Source: an uncultured Pseudomonadota bacterium
GTDB taxonomy: Bacteria; Vulcanimicrobiota; Vulcanimicrobiia; Eremiobacterales; Eremiobacteraceae
Direction of reading: 5' to 3'
Length of the DNA: 64,000 nucleotides
Assembly: GCA_963736005.1 (NCBI GenBank)
Contig: CAVTNB010000001.1
Location: 1,696,001-1,760,000 of the forward strand
A model generated the notes under the pieces. The model was not told the DNA's origin. It searched no databases and saw nothing but the letters and a program-made list of their open reading frames with translations. This document shows, piece after piece, positions 1 through 9,308 of the stretch. Position numbers and translations under genes: made by a program. How positions within the stretch are numbered: position 1 is the stretch's first letter; every line of letters begins with the position of its first letter.

Positions 1-518
1 ACACCACGGAAAGCAGCCCAACCGGTAACATTCACGGGATGTCTATGGCCGCTGCGTTTGGACAGGTGACCGATATTTTTCCGGCGCCCGAGTTTCCGAC
101 GCCCGCTGCCGATCGACGGCGCACCGTGTTCATCGGCTTGCGCGAACTCGATCCGCAAGAAAAGCGGACCATCATCGAGCACGATATTCTGTGCTTCACG
201 ATGAGCGACATCGACCGCCTCGGTATGGCAAAGGTGATGGAGCGGGCGATCGAAAGGGCCAGTCAAGGACCGCGCAGCGTGCATATCAGCTTCGACATCG
301 ATTGCCTTGACCCAACCCTCGCGCCGGGAACTGGTACGCCCGTGCGCGGGGGCATCACCTATCGAGAGGCTCACTTCATCATGGAAGCGCTTTGGCAGAG
401 TGGCGTGGCTCATTCGCTCGAGCTTTCTGAAGTTAATCCCTTGCTCGACGAACACAACATGACGGCAAAGCTCGCCAACGAACTCATCTGTTCGGCGCTA
501 GGCAAGAGCATTTTGTAA
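1..518 (+). CDS. rocF: Arginase (5' partial, runs off window)
   Basis: In-frame SPTGNIHGM upstream of the listed ORF; SFDIDCLDP, APGTGTPVRGG and EVNP ureohydrolase motifs. Confidence 0.9.
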   Translation, partial: TTESSPTGNIHGMSMAAAFGQVTDIFPAPEFPTPAADRRRTVFIGLRELDPQEKRTIIEHDILCFTMSDIDRLGMAKVMERAIERASQGPRSVHISFDIDCLDPTLAPGTGTPVRGGITYREAHFIMEALWQSGVAHSLELSEVNPLLDEHNMTAKLANELICSALGKSIL

Positions 519-575
519 AGGCTAAAGGAGCACGAAGACAGCACGCACGCATCGATTGTCTTCATCGCTATCGGA

Positions 576-1538
576 TTGGCGGTAGCATTCAACCTTGTCG
601 CCGGATTCAACGACGGTGGTAATCTGCTTGCGGCGGCCACCGCAGGCCGGACGATCTCGCCAGCCGCGGCCTTTTTCATTATCGTCGCAGGCGCGCTAGT
701 CGGACCGCTTGTCGCGGGGACCGCGGTCGCCCAGACGATCGGTCACGGCATCGTCAACTATGAGCGGGTGGGCTTTGTGCCCTTGGCGGCCGGCATGCTC
801 GGCGGGGTGGGGGCCATTTTGCTGGCCTACGCCGCGCGGTTACCGACATCGGCATCGGTCGCGCTCGTCAGCGCCACGATCGGTTCGCTGTGGGTTTTGG
901 GGAAGCTTCAGGAAATCGCGTGGTCCGGCGTCTCCAAAGTTATCCTCAGCTTGTGTGGTTCCATTGTGATCGGCTTCTTGGCGGGAGCCATCATCTACAC
1001 GATGGCGTGGATCATCTTCTCAAAGGTGAGTTTCAAGACCGGTAACCGACTGATGCAGTTTCAGTATGTCACGGTCTTCTTGCAAGCGATTGGGTATGGT
1101 TCCAATGATGCGGAGAAGATGATGGGGCTCATCGTCGCGGCGACGCTCATTGGAACCACGACCTCTGTTTTTGCCGTTCCCTTTTGGGCGATTGCGGTTT
1201 CCGTCTTCTCGTTCGCGCTTGGCATGGCCATCGGGGGGAGACGGGTCGCGAAAACCATCGGAGGGAAGCTCTTCCGCATCATGCCGCTCCACGCGTTATG
1301 TTTCCAGCTTGCCGCTGCAGCCACGGTGATCACAGCATCGTCGCTAGGAGGTCCGCTCAGCACGACGGAAAGCACCGCCAGCGCAATCATGGGCGTCGGC
1401 GCCGCGACCAACCCTCGCGCGCTCCACTGGCGCATCGCGCGCGAACTCGTGGCTGCTTGGTTCTTGACCGTGCCCGTTGGTCTCGCGAGCGGCGCTGCTG
1501 CAACTTTGATTCTTCGCGCTTTCACCCACGGGAGATAA
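576..1538 (+). CDS. pit: PiT-family inorganic phosphate transporter (true start probably slightly upstream)
   Basis: GFNDGGN and GSNDAEK signature repeats, PLSTT motif, many TM segments; followed by a DUF47 gene. Confidence 0.85.
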   Translation: MAVAFNLVAGFNDGGNLLAAATAGRTISPAAAFFIIVAGALVGPLVAGTAVAQTIGHGIVNYERVGFVPLAAGMLGGVGAILLAYAARLPTSASVALVSATIGSLWVLGKLQEIAWSGVSKVILSLCGSIVIGFLAGAIIYTMAWIIFSKVSFKTGNRLMQFQYVTVFLQAIGYGSNDAEKMMGLIVAATLIGTTTSVFAVPFWAIAVSVFSFALGMAIGGRRVAKTIGGKLFRIMPLHALCFQLAAAATVITASSLGGPLSTTESTASAIMGVGAATNPRALHWRIARELVAAWFLTVPVGLASGAAATLILRAFTHGR

Positions 1539-1546
1539 CGCAAGCC

Positions 1547-2161
1547 ATGTGGTTATCTGACTTTTTCTTGCCCAGACGAAACGATCGGTTTCTCACCCTA
1601 CTGCGAGATCATGCTGCGATTTTAGTAGACGCGGCTCGCGCATTTGAGGAATACGTCAGCGCCGGAACTCCGCTTCCCGATAAGGTCGACGAATTTGAAA
1701 GTAGCTCGGCGGCGATTCTCAGCCAACTGACGACCTCGTTGCGTGACGCTTTTGTTACGCCTATGGACCGACAGGATATCTACGGTTTAGGCGAGGCGAT
1801 CGACGACATGATCAGGTATATCGATAACGCAGCTCGAGAGATCAAGCTTTTTGCGGTGCAACCGACTCCGCAAATTCAACAGATGGCTCGACTCTTAAAG
1901 GGAGCCGCCGAACAGGTCTCTGAAGCCGTGGGTAGCCTGCCCAACGCTCCCCAAACGGCCTGGAAGTGCGCGCAGGAAGCGCAGAAAGCCGAAAACTTCG
2001 TGGAAGATTGTTACCGCAATGCGCTCGTCGACCTCTTCGATGGGTCGGATGTTCCGCACATCCTGAAACTCCGCGAAGTGTATCGCCATCTGAGCAATAG
2101 CGCCGACCGCGCTCAGTCGATCGGACGATTGATCGGCAAGATCGTGGTCAAAGCGACCTAA
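1547..2161 (+). CDS. DUF47 / PhoU-like phosphate transport regulator
   Basis: ATG at 1547 after GGAG; FVTPMDRQDI and REVYRHL..AD motifs; usual partner of PiT. Confidence 0.85.
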   Translation: MWLSDFFLPRRNDRFLTLLRDHAAILVDAARAFEEYVSAGTPLPDKVDEFESSSAAILSQLTTSLRDAFVTPMDRQDIYGLGEAIDDMIRYIDNAAREIKLFAVQPTPQIQQMARLLKGAAEQVSEAVGSLPNAPQTAWKCAQEAQKAENFVEDCYRNALVDLFDGSDVPHILKLREVYRHLSNSADRAQSIGRLIGKIVVKAT

Positions 2162-2177
2162 AACGTGAGGGGAACGA

Positions 2178-2915
2178 TCAGGCGGGGACCAGGCGCTTGA
2201 GCTCGCCAGTCAGCGTTTCGCCGGGTTTGAGATCGATAATTTGCAATCCGCTGATGTCTTTTGTTAGCTCGCGCAGTTTCTCGGGCGTGCCCGTGAGAAT
2301 CGGGAAGGTCCCGTAATGCATGGGCACGACCACTTTGGTTCCCAACAGCCTGATTGCGTGAGCACCCTGCAGCGGATCCATCGTGTAGTGATCGCCGATC
2401 GGCAACAAAGCAAGGTCAGGCTTAAAGAGCTCGCCGATGAGCTTCATATCTGAGAAGATCATCGTATCGCCGGCATGATAGAGGCGTAAGCCGTTTTCGA
2501 GCGTCACCACGTAGCCGGCAGCTTCGCCGCCGTACAGAATATCGTCACCATCCGCAATGCCGCAACTGTGCACCGCGTGGGTCATCGTGACCTTGACACC
2601 CTCGTGCTCGATCGTGCCGCCTTTGTTGAAGCCGATGATCTTCTTGACCCCTTTTTTCTGCAGCCACGCGACCGTTTCGAAAATGCCGATAGCCGTGGCG
2701 TCGTGCTTCGTCGCCAAACGAAGCGCATCACCGATATGATCGCCGTGCGCGTGGGTGATGAGGAGCGTGTCGACCTTGGCGGGATTCTTCAGCCTCGTTG
2801 GACAGGCGGGATTTTGTTCGAGCCATGGATCGATGATCCAGTGCTTGCCGCTTTGCGTCTTGATGGCAAAAGTCGCGTGCCCGCAGAACGTCAGTTCGTT
2901 GGATCCCAGATTCAT
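2178..2915 (-). CDS. Metallo-beta-lactamase-fold metal-dependent hydrolase (UPF0173-like)
   Basis: GHATF, IDPW, THAHGDH, HAGDT, LPIGD.YTM and PMHYGTF motifs; GGAGGG RBS before ATG at 2915. Confidence 0.88.
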   Translation of the reverse strand: MNLGSNELTFCGHATFAIKTQSGKHWIIDPWLEQNPACPTRLKNPAKVDTLLITHAHGDHIGDALRLATKHDATAIGIFETVAWLQKKGVKKIIGFNKGGTIEHEGVKVTMTHAVHSCGIADGDDILYGGEAAGYVVTLENGLRLYHAGDTMIFSDMKLIGELFKPDLALLPIGDHYTMDPLQGAHAIRLLGTKVVVPMHYGTFPILTGTPEKLRELTKDISGLQIIDLKPGETLTGELKRLVPA

Positions 2916-2965
2916 GAATCCGTCCCTCCAGCGTTGATCGAGTGTGGTCGAATGATTTCGAGCGA

Positions 2966-4117
2966 CTACCTCAGGGCAAGTTCCGCTTCCTCTCGCACCC
3001 ACGCATCGGTCTCAACAGCGAGTAGGTCCTCGAGGGCGCGATGCGCCTCTTGGCCACCGAGTTGGCCCAACGCCCACGCGGCGTGACCTCGAACGAGCGG
3101 CTTGCGGTCACGTAAGGCCGCGACGAGCGGGGGTACCGCTGCTGGGTCGCGCGAGTTGCCCAAAGCCACGGCGGCATTGCGCTGCAGGACTGCCTTACCG
3201 CGCCAAGCCATGGCCGTGGAGCCAAACCAGCGCCGAAATTCCGCCTTGCTCATGAGCAAAACGGACGGTAGGTCCATCGCCGTGCCTATGTGAGATTGCG
3301 GAGCGAATTCGGGATGCGTATGCGCTGCTCTGCGGTCGTTGACGGGGCAGACGGTCTGGCACGTGTCGCACCCCCACAATCTGTTGCCAATGATCTTGCG
3401 ATAGTCGTGCGGGATCGGCCCTTTTGCTTGCGTGAGGTCAGAAATGCAACGCCTGGCATCGATCTCGCCGTTGGGGCCAATGGCTCCCGTCGGACAGTCA
3501 ACGATACACTCGACGCATTGGCCGCAGTTGGTTTGCAAAGGTTCATCCGGCTCGAGTTCGAGTGTGGTGATCAGTTCGGCCAAGAAGACGTACGAGCCGA
3601 ACTGCTTGGTCAGCACGTTGCCGCTCTTGCCGAACCAGCCGATGCCCGCGCGCACGGCAGCGGCGCGATCCATGAGCGGTCCAGTGTCCACACACGCAAG
3701 ACATCGTGATCCTGGAAACTCGCGGGTGATGAAATCGGCGAGTTCTTTCAGCCTCCGGCCGATAACCTTGTGATAGTCTTGGCCCCACGCGTAGTTTGAG
3801 ATCGCGCCTTCGAGCCCAGGTGCTTGCGGATCGTGCGGCGTCACGTCGCTGTAATAGGACGTTGCGGTGCAGACGATGGAGCGTGCATCCCGAAGCGACA
3901 GCGACGGCCTGCAATGTGTTTGGATCGTTCGATCGTCGTAGTGCCATCGTTCCAGGTATTTGCGATCGCGGCGATCCTTGAAGATTCGCTCTTCTTTGAT
4001 GAATGGCTGCGCCGAGGCGATGCCAACCAGATCGAACCCAAGTTCTTTCGCCCGGGCAACGATGCGCGCTTTCGTGTGGGAAGATGGTCGCGAATGAATT
4101 CGCGACACGACAGTCAT
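2966..4117 (-). CDS. queG: tRNA epoxyqueuosine(34) reductase with C-terminal HEAT repeats
   Basis: YAWGQDYH, VDTGPL, CGQCVECIVDCPTGA and WGCDTCQTVCP Fe-S motifs; VRGHAAWALG HEAT repeat. Confidence 0.93.
   Translation of the reverse strand: MTVVSRIHSRPSSHTKARIVARAKELGFDLVGIASAQPFIKEERIFKDRRDRKYLERWHYDDRTIQTHCRPSLSLRDARSIVCTATSYYSDVTPHDPQAPGLEGAISNYAWGQDYHKVIGRRLKELADFITREFPGSRCLACVDTGPLMDRAAAVRAGIGWFGKSGNVLTKQFGSYVFLAELITTLELEPDEPLQTNCGQCVECIVDCPTGAIGPNGEIDARRCISDLTQAKGPIPHDYRKIIGNRLWGCDTCQTVCPVNDRRAAHTHPEFAPQSHIGTAMDLPSVLLMSKAEFRRWFGSTAMAWRGKAVLQRNAAVALGNSRDPAAVPPLVAALRDRKPLVRGHAAWALGQLGGQEAHRALEDLLAVETDAWVREEAELALR
4087..4112 (-). repeat. REP-like palindrome, family A, inside the queG 5' end
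   Basis: GTCGCGAATGAATTCGCGAC-ACGACA. Confidence 0.8.
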
Positions 4118-4866
4118 GTGGTCGTGGGGGTCGGGGGATATTCCAAAACGATCGTGCCATGGACGGGAAGACCATTGAGGGTGGCTGGTGCGAACACAGT
4201 TTTCCGCGCCGCATCGAGCGCCATGGCATCGAGATTCGCGTCCCCGCTCGATTGCAGTATACGCACATTGACAATATTTCCATCAGGGCCAACATCGACT
4301 TCGATTTTAATCGGTTGTGGCGGTGGCGAGGCAAGCGAGAGATCCGCCAATTTGAGCACTCGCACGGGATTATCGTCACCCCAAACCGTTGCTCCGTTCA
4401 CCTCATCGTTATTGCCACCGGTATCGACCTTTGCACCCGCGACCCCAGGCGACGGCGTCGGCTGGACTCCATTTGAAACCGCAGGCGCTTCTTTCGATCC
4501 TGGTTTCGGAAGTTTGGGTCCGACGATGATGAGATTGGACTTGCGCCGCGCGGGCGCGTGAATGGATTTAAGCAAGGCCGCCTGGTTTTGGAAAGCCATT
4601 TCTCGATATTTCAGCGGCGCGATGTGCGTTGACGTTCGCATGACAAGCTTCGGCGATGGCGGCGGTGGGGTGGGTCTTGGTGTAGACTCCTCGCGCACGT
4701 TACGAGAGAGCGAAATAATCGAGATGGCTTGATCGGGCGGTGTCGCGTAGCGCCAAGTTGGGAACAAGGTCGCGACGGTCGAGCCCAAGGTGAAGTGCAA
4801 TGCAGCTGACACGGCAACGAATGCGAGAAACCCGTAGACTGCGACGCGCCGGACTCGGTTGCGCAT
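4114..4866 (-). CDS. TonB-family protein (N-terminal TM, Pro-rich linker, TonB_C domain)
   Basis: VGPDGNIVNVRILQSSGDANLDAMALDAAR..F.PA..NG.PV; GGAGG RBS before ATG at 4866. Confidence 0.8.
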   Translation of the reverse strand: MRNRVRRVAVYGFLAFVAVSAALHFTLGSTVATLFPTWRYATPPDQAISIISLSRNVREESTPRPTPPPPSPKLVMRTSTHIAPLKYREMAFQNQAALLKSIHAPARRKSNLIIVGPKLPKPGSKEAPAVSNGVQPTPSPGVAGAKVDTGGNNDEVNGATVWGDDNPVRVLKLADLSLASPPPQPIKIEVDVGPDGNIVNVRILQSSGDANLDAMALDAARKTVFAPATLNGLPVHGTIVLEYPPTPTTT

Positions 4867-4902
4867 CTCGCCTCCAAGAGACAACAAAGGTACTAGTATT
4901 TT

Positions 4903-5087
4903 CGGTGGCTGTCAGGGAGAACCTGTGGCCTCTTTGCCCCGCTTGGGTCCACCACGTTCCTGGGGAGGGCGCCAAAGCGAGCAAATCAGAGCCTGCCCCC
5001 ACAATGACAAAACCGGCGGAGCGCTGCCGGCCCGCTGTGGGATGGCAGCTCCGCGCCGTTGCGGAGGGCACAAACTCCCTGGCGCCG
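4903..5087 (+). ncRNA. Structured ncRNA candidate, ~185 nt (possibly 6S RNA)
   Basis: Ends pair (GUCAGGGAG/CUCCCUGGC, UGUG/CACA, CCUC/GAGG); internal GC hairpin at 5013-5058; G-U pairs favour the + strand; intergenic. Confidence 0.5.
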
Positions 5088-5100
5088 CAAGCATGTCAGC

Positions 5101-5361
5101 GTGCCTTCAGACGGAAAGCCGCGGATCAAGCTCTACAATGCATCATGGTGTTGGTATTGCCAGCGCGTTCGCGACAAGCTCGACGAGTTGGGATTACCTT
5201 ACGAAGCGATTGAGGTTCCCATCCGGCACAGCGAGCGCACCGAAGTGATTGCGGTTTCCGGTCAACCGAGCGTGCCGGTGCTGGTGGACGGCAGCACCGT
5301 GCTTGACGACGACGACGTCATCATTCCGTATTTGGAAGACAAATATGGCAAGCGGACCTAA
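5101..5361 (+). CDS. Glutaredoxin / GST N-terminal domain protein
   Basis: CWYC active site, SGQ..VPVLVDG motif; start uncertain. Confidence 0.85.
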   Translation: MPSDGKPRIKLYNASWCWYCQRVRDKLDELGLPYEAIEVPIRHSERTEVIAVSGQPSVPVLVDGSTVLDDDDVIIPYLEDKYGKRT

Positions 5362-5376
5362 AGGTCCGCTGGTACA
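5351..5376 (-). repeat. REP-like palindrome, family C
   Basis: AGCGGACCTAAAGGTCCGCT-GGTACA, overlapping the glutaredoxin stop. Confidence 0.75.
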
Positions 5377-5398
5377 TATTTTGTTTTGTTCGCTACCT

Positions 5399-6712
5399 CT
5401 AGGCGTAGATGCCACGCGTCATCAAGCTATCGACCACGCGCCGGATGGCGAGCATGTAGGCCGCCGTTCTCAAGGTAACCTTGCGGTTCTCCGCTATATC
5501 CCAAACCGCCTCAAAGTTTTCTTTGAGCACGTCGCGGAGCCGCTCATTGACCTCGCTCTCTTTCCAATAGAACCCCATGCGGTCTTGGGCCCACTCGAAA
5601 TACGAAACCGTCACCCCGCCGGCGTTGGCGAGAATATCGGGGATCACGGTTACGCCCGCTTGTGAAAACATTCCATCGGCGGCGGGTGTCGTGGGACCAT
5701 TTGCCCCTTCCGCGATCAGGTGTGCTTTGATCTTCGACGCGTTTTCCACCGTCAGTTGGTTTTCGATTGCTGCCGGAACGAGAATGTCGCAGGGCAACTC
5801 GAGCAGTTCAGTATTGCTCACTCGCTCTCCCGAAAACCCCTCCAGCGAACGCCGCTGGTTGTTGGGTGAGTTCACATACGCGATGGCCGCTTCCACGTCG
5901 ACGCCAGTCTTGTTGTATAAACCCCCGAACTGATCGCTCAACCCAATGACAATTGCGCCATGCTCGTGCAGAAGTTTTGCCGTGATAGAACCGACATTCC
6001 CAAAGCCCTGCACGACCACTCGTTGTCCGGCGAGCGACTTGCCCATTTTCTCGAGCGCCGACTGAATGGTAATCATAACGCCGCGGCCGGTCGCCTCAAC
6101 TCGCCCGCGCGATCCGCCCACGTTGAGCGGCTTCCCCGTGACCACCCCCGGCGTATGGTAGCGGTTGTGCATGGAAACCGTGTCCATGATCCAGGCCATC
6201 GTCTGCGGATTCGTGCCTACGTCAGGCGCAGCTACATCCTTGTCCGGCCCGATCACTTCGATGATATCGGCGGCATAGCGGCGCGTGAGACGTTCCAGCT
6301 CGCCTCGCGAAAGTTTGGATGGATCGCACGTCACCCCACCTTTACCACCGCCGAACGGAATATCGACCACGGCACACTTCCAGGTCATCCAAAAGGCGAG
6401 CGCCGTCACTTCATCCAGTGTCACATCGGGGTGATAACGAAGGCCGCCCTTCGCTGGGCCCCGGGCGAAACTATACTGCACGCGATACCCCGTGTACACT
6501 TCAAAATCGCCATTGTCGCGCTGAAAGGGAATTGAGATGATGACTTGTCGCGCTGGGTGCGTGAGGATGCGCTTGATATTAGGGTTGAGATCTAAGTTGG
6601 CGGCCGCTTCATTGAAATAGTCCATCGCCTCGCCGAAGACCGATTCGTGGTCGGTCTTGTGGGGATCTGCGGAAGTGGTTCCTTTTGGGCTGTCGCCGCT
6701 TGCGGATGCCAT
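5399..6712 (-). CDS. gdhA: Glu/Leu/Phe/Val dehydrogenase (glutamate dehydrogenase)
   Basis: GPAKGGLRY, PFGGGKGG, QGFGNVG, EGANGP and ANAGGVTVSYFEW motifs. Confidence 0.93.
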   Translation of the reverse strand: MASASGDSPKGTTSADPHKTDHESVFGEAMDYFNEAAANLDLNPNIKRILTHPARQVIISIPFQRDNGDFEVYTGYRVQYSFARGPAKGGLRYHPDVTLDEVTALAFWMTWKCAVVDIPFGGGKGGVTCDPSKLSRGELERLTRRYAADIIEVIGPDKDVAAPDVGTNPQTMAWIMDTVSMHNRYHTPGVVTGKPLNVGGSRGRVEATGRGVMITIQSALEKMGKSLAGQRVVVQGFGNVGSITAKLLHEHGAIVIGLSDQFGGLYNKTGVDVEAAIAYVNSPNNQRRSLEGFSGERVSNTELLELPCDILVPAAIENQLTVENASKIKAHLIAEGANGPTTPAADGMFSQAGVTVIPDILANAGGVTVSYFEWAQDRMGFYWKESEVNERLRDVLKENFEAVWDIAENRKVTLRTAAYMLAIRRVVDSLMTRGIYA

Positions 6713-6727
6713 GCTCGTCTCTCCAGT

Positions 6728-7819
6728 TCAAACATTAAATCGAAAGTTGACGACGTCACCTTCCCGCATCACGTAGTCTCGCCCCTCGCTGCGCAAGAGA
6801 CCGGCATCTTTGACGGCGTTGAGGCTGCTGAGGCGCTGCAAGTCTTCAAACGAAGCGATTTCTGCGCGAATGAAACCTCTCTCAATGTCGCTGTGAATCT
6901 TGCCCGCAGCCTCTGGTGCCTTGGTTCCTTGCGTGATCGTCCAGGCCCGCGTCTCCTTTTCTCCTGCGGTGAGAAATGTCATGAGCCGGAGCAGGCGGTA
7001 GGCCGTCACAATGAGCCGATCGAGTCCACGCGACTCCATCCCAAGTTCGCGCGCAAACGCATCTGCCTCCGCTGGTGGAAGACCCGAAAGCTCTTCTTCA
7101 AGTTTCGCAGACAGCGCTATGACTTCTGAACCTTCGGTGCGCGCGCGGTGTTGAAGCTGTTCTACACCATGCGATGACGAAGCAGTGGATGCTTCATCAA
7201 CGTTGGCGACGTAGAGCAGCGGCTTTGCGGTGAGGAGTGACAGTTCCTTTGCAAGCGAAGCTTCCTCCGTCTGCGGACCAAACGTCCGCGCGGGCGTACC
7301 TTCGTTGAGCACCGATGCGATGCGTTCGAGCGCGCTAACCTCTTCTGCGAGCTTCGCATCCGCCTTGGCTCGCGGACGCGATTTTTCCAGACGCCGTTCA
7401 ACGGTGGTGAGGTCAGCGAGCGCGAGTTCGATTTGGAGAATCTCAACGTCTCGAATGGGATCGGGGGCACCCTCGACGTGGATGATGTTGCGATCTTCAA
7501 AACAGCGCACGACCATCGCGACGGCGTCGACCTCGCGGATGTGCGAGAGAAAAGCGTTGCCGAGCCCCTCGCCTTTTGAAGCGCCACGGACTAAGCCTGC
7601 GATATCAATGAAGGTGGTGGTCGCGGGCACGATTTGTTTGCTCTTGAAAATGTCCGCCAGCACCGCAAGCCTTGCATCCGGCACTGGCACAATGCCAAGG
7701 TTTGGGTCGATGGTTGCAAAGGGATAGTTTGAAGCCACCACGCTGCTGCGCGTCATGGCGTTGAAGAGCGTCGACTTTCCCACGTTGGGCAAGCCAACGA
7801 TGCCGCAGGCGAGCGACAC
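6728..7819 (-). CDS. ychF: Redox-regulated ATPase YchF
   Basis: GIVGLPNVGKST, NYPFATIDPN, DIAGLV.GAS.GEGLGN.FL; TGS domain AGKIHSD..RGFIRAE. Confidence 0.97.
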   Translation of the reverse strand: MSLACGIVGLPNVGKSTLFNAMTRSSVVASNYPFATIDPNLGIVPVPDARLAVLADIFKSKQIVPATTTFIDIAGLVRGASKGEGLGNAFLSHIREVDAVAMVVRCFEDRNIIHVEGAPDPIRDVEILQIELALADLTTVERRLEKSRPRAKADAKLAEEVSALERIASVLNEGTPARTFGPQTEEASLAKELSLLTAKPLLYVANVDEASTASSSHGVEQLQHRARTEGSEVIALSAKLEEELSGLPPAEADAFARELGMESRGLDRLIVTAYRLLRLMTFLTAGEKETRAWTITQGTKAPEAAGKIHSDIERGFIRAEIASFEDLQRLSSLNAVKDAGLLRSEGRDYVMREGDVVNFRFNV

Positions 7820-8637
7820 TACGTTTGTGTGGGCAACGCTTGGGCGTCTGCCTGGTCCACCTTGGGCAGAAATCCTTGGTCTTGCAGATCCGTTGCGATG
7901 AGCTCGCGCAGGGATGAGGTCGCTGCGTGTGCTTGCTTGCGCTTGACTTGAAAGTGGACTCGAAACGTTGCGCCGCTGGGTGTCACATCGGTCAGCATCA
8001 CGGCCAGATCGTCGACGTCGATGCCGCTCTTCTTGACGGCCTTTTCTGCGATGTTGGTGAGCTGTTCGCGCAGCGATCCAATGCTGCCACGCAAAGGAAC
8101 GATGAAATCGACGCTGAGCCGAAGCGGCAACCGGGTCGAATTGGCCGCGTACACAATGCTGCCGTAGGGAACCGAGACCAAGTAACCGCGGTCGTCCACC
8201 AAGCGCACCTCTCGTAGGCTTATTGCCTCGATGACGCCGTGAATGACGCCATTCCCGGTCGTCAACTCGGCGCCATCGCCGACGTCGAACGTGTCCTCAA
8301 AGAGATAAAACGCGCCGGTGAGCACGTCGCGAACGATGGACTGCGCGCCGACGCCGATCACGATTCCGAAGACGCCGGCCGAAAAGAGCGCCGGCGCCAC
8401 GTTGACGCGCCAAATATTGAGCAGTTCGAGGATGAGAAAAAAGAAAATGAGGACGCCGCTCATGGACCGCGTTATGCCGAAGTACGTCGAAACTCGCGGA
8501 ATGATCCGGCTCGCAAAGCGCCGCGCGTAAAATTTTGTGATTCCGGCTTCAATAAGGCGCCACAGGAGGAATGCAACGACGATTGCGATGACCGTCGCGA
8601 ACCATTCATGGCTAACGTTGAGCCTAAAAAACTGCAC
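7819..8637 (-). CDS. mscS: Small-conductance mechanosensitive channel family protein
   Basis: Three TM segments; G.GAQSIVRDVLTG..FDVGD..G.IE.ISLR motif. Confidence 0.85.
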   Translation of the reverse strand: MQFFRLNVSHEWFATVIAIVVAFLLWRLIEAGITKFYARRFASRIIPRVSTYFGITRSMSGVLIFFFLILELLNIWRVNVAPALFSAGVFGIVIGVGAQSIVRDVLTGAFYLFEDTFDVGDGAELTTGNGVIHGVIEAISLREVRLVDDRGYLVSVPYGSIVYAANSTRLPLRLSVDFIVPLRGSIGSLREQLTNIAEKAVKKSGIDVDDLAVMLTDVTPSGATFRVHFQVKRKQAHAATSSLRELIATDLQDQGFLPKVDQADAQALPTQT

Positions 8638-8753
8638 GCTTGGGCGCTTTCACCCTATGTGGAGGCTGTCCTGTCATATGCGTTTCGCACGATAGGAACC
8701 GGTTTTTTTGAAGCGAAGGCCTGCCGGCAATCCCATTGTGAGGCGGGAGCTAC

Positions 8754-9230
8754 ATGCGGCAGATGAAGGTGGACAAACTCGGCATCGACTTGCTGACGCA
8801 TGATCCTGTTGTCATTCTCAAGGATCTCGAAGGCAAGCGCTATCTGCCCATCCTCATCGGGCCGTTCGAGGCGACCGCCATCATGTTGGCCCTCGAAGCT
8901 CAGTCGGTGCCGCGCCCGCTCTCGCACGATCTGATGAAAGCCATCTTGGATAACCTCAACGCCAAGTTGACCAAAATCATCATCCACGATATCAAGGATA
9001 GCACGTTCTATGCCAAGCTCGTGGTCGAGGCGGGTGGAGAAGACCAGGAGATCGACGCTCGGCCAAGTGATTGCATCGCGCTTGCGCTGCGCGCCAACGC
9101 TCCTATCTTCGTCACCGATAAGATTGCGCTCGAAGAGTCCGTCTACGACAAGAAGACGGAGGAAGAAGAAATGCAGCGCTTCCACAAGTATATCGAGAAC
9201 CTCAAGCCGAGCGACTTCAAAGAATCCTAG
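8754..9230 (+). CDS. Bifunctional nuclease family protein (DUF151)
   Basis: LPILIGPFEA.AI, RPLSHDL and IDARPSDCIALALR motifs. Confidence 0.92.
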   Translation: MRQMKVDKLGIDLLTHDPVVILKDLEGKRYLPILIGPFEATAIMLALEAQSVPRPLSHDLMKAILDNLNAKLTKIIIHDIKDSTFYAKLVVEAGGEDQEIDARPSDCIALALRANAPIFVTDKIALEESVYDKKTEEEEMQRFHKYIENLKPSDFKES

Positions 9231-9243
9231 CGTTTCCTTTGGA

Positions 9244-9297
9244 ATGTAGCGGGCGACTGTCAAGTCGCCCATCTAGTCGCGCGAATTTATTCGCGCG
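9244..9297 (+). repeat. Tandem REP-like palindromes, families B and A
   Basis: GTAGC-GGGCGAC-TGTCAA-GTCGCCC followed by CTAGT-CGCGCGAATTTATTCGCGCG. Confidence 0.8.
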
Positions 9298-9308
9298 TGG
9301 AGATAAAC

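Noticed and set aside
4870..5090. Cobalamin riboswitch ahead of tonB-queG
   Set aside because: No B12-box or GGGAA/GCCACTG consensus on the - strand; pairing favours the + strand
7809..7822. GTAGTGTCGC at the mscS/ychF junction as a REP copy
   Set aside because: Only a 10-nt match with no hairpin; explained by stop/start overlap and the YchF N-terminus
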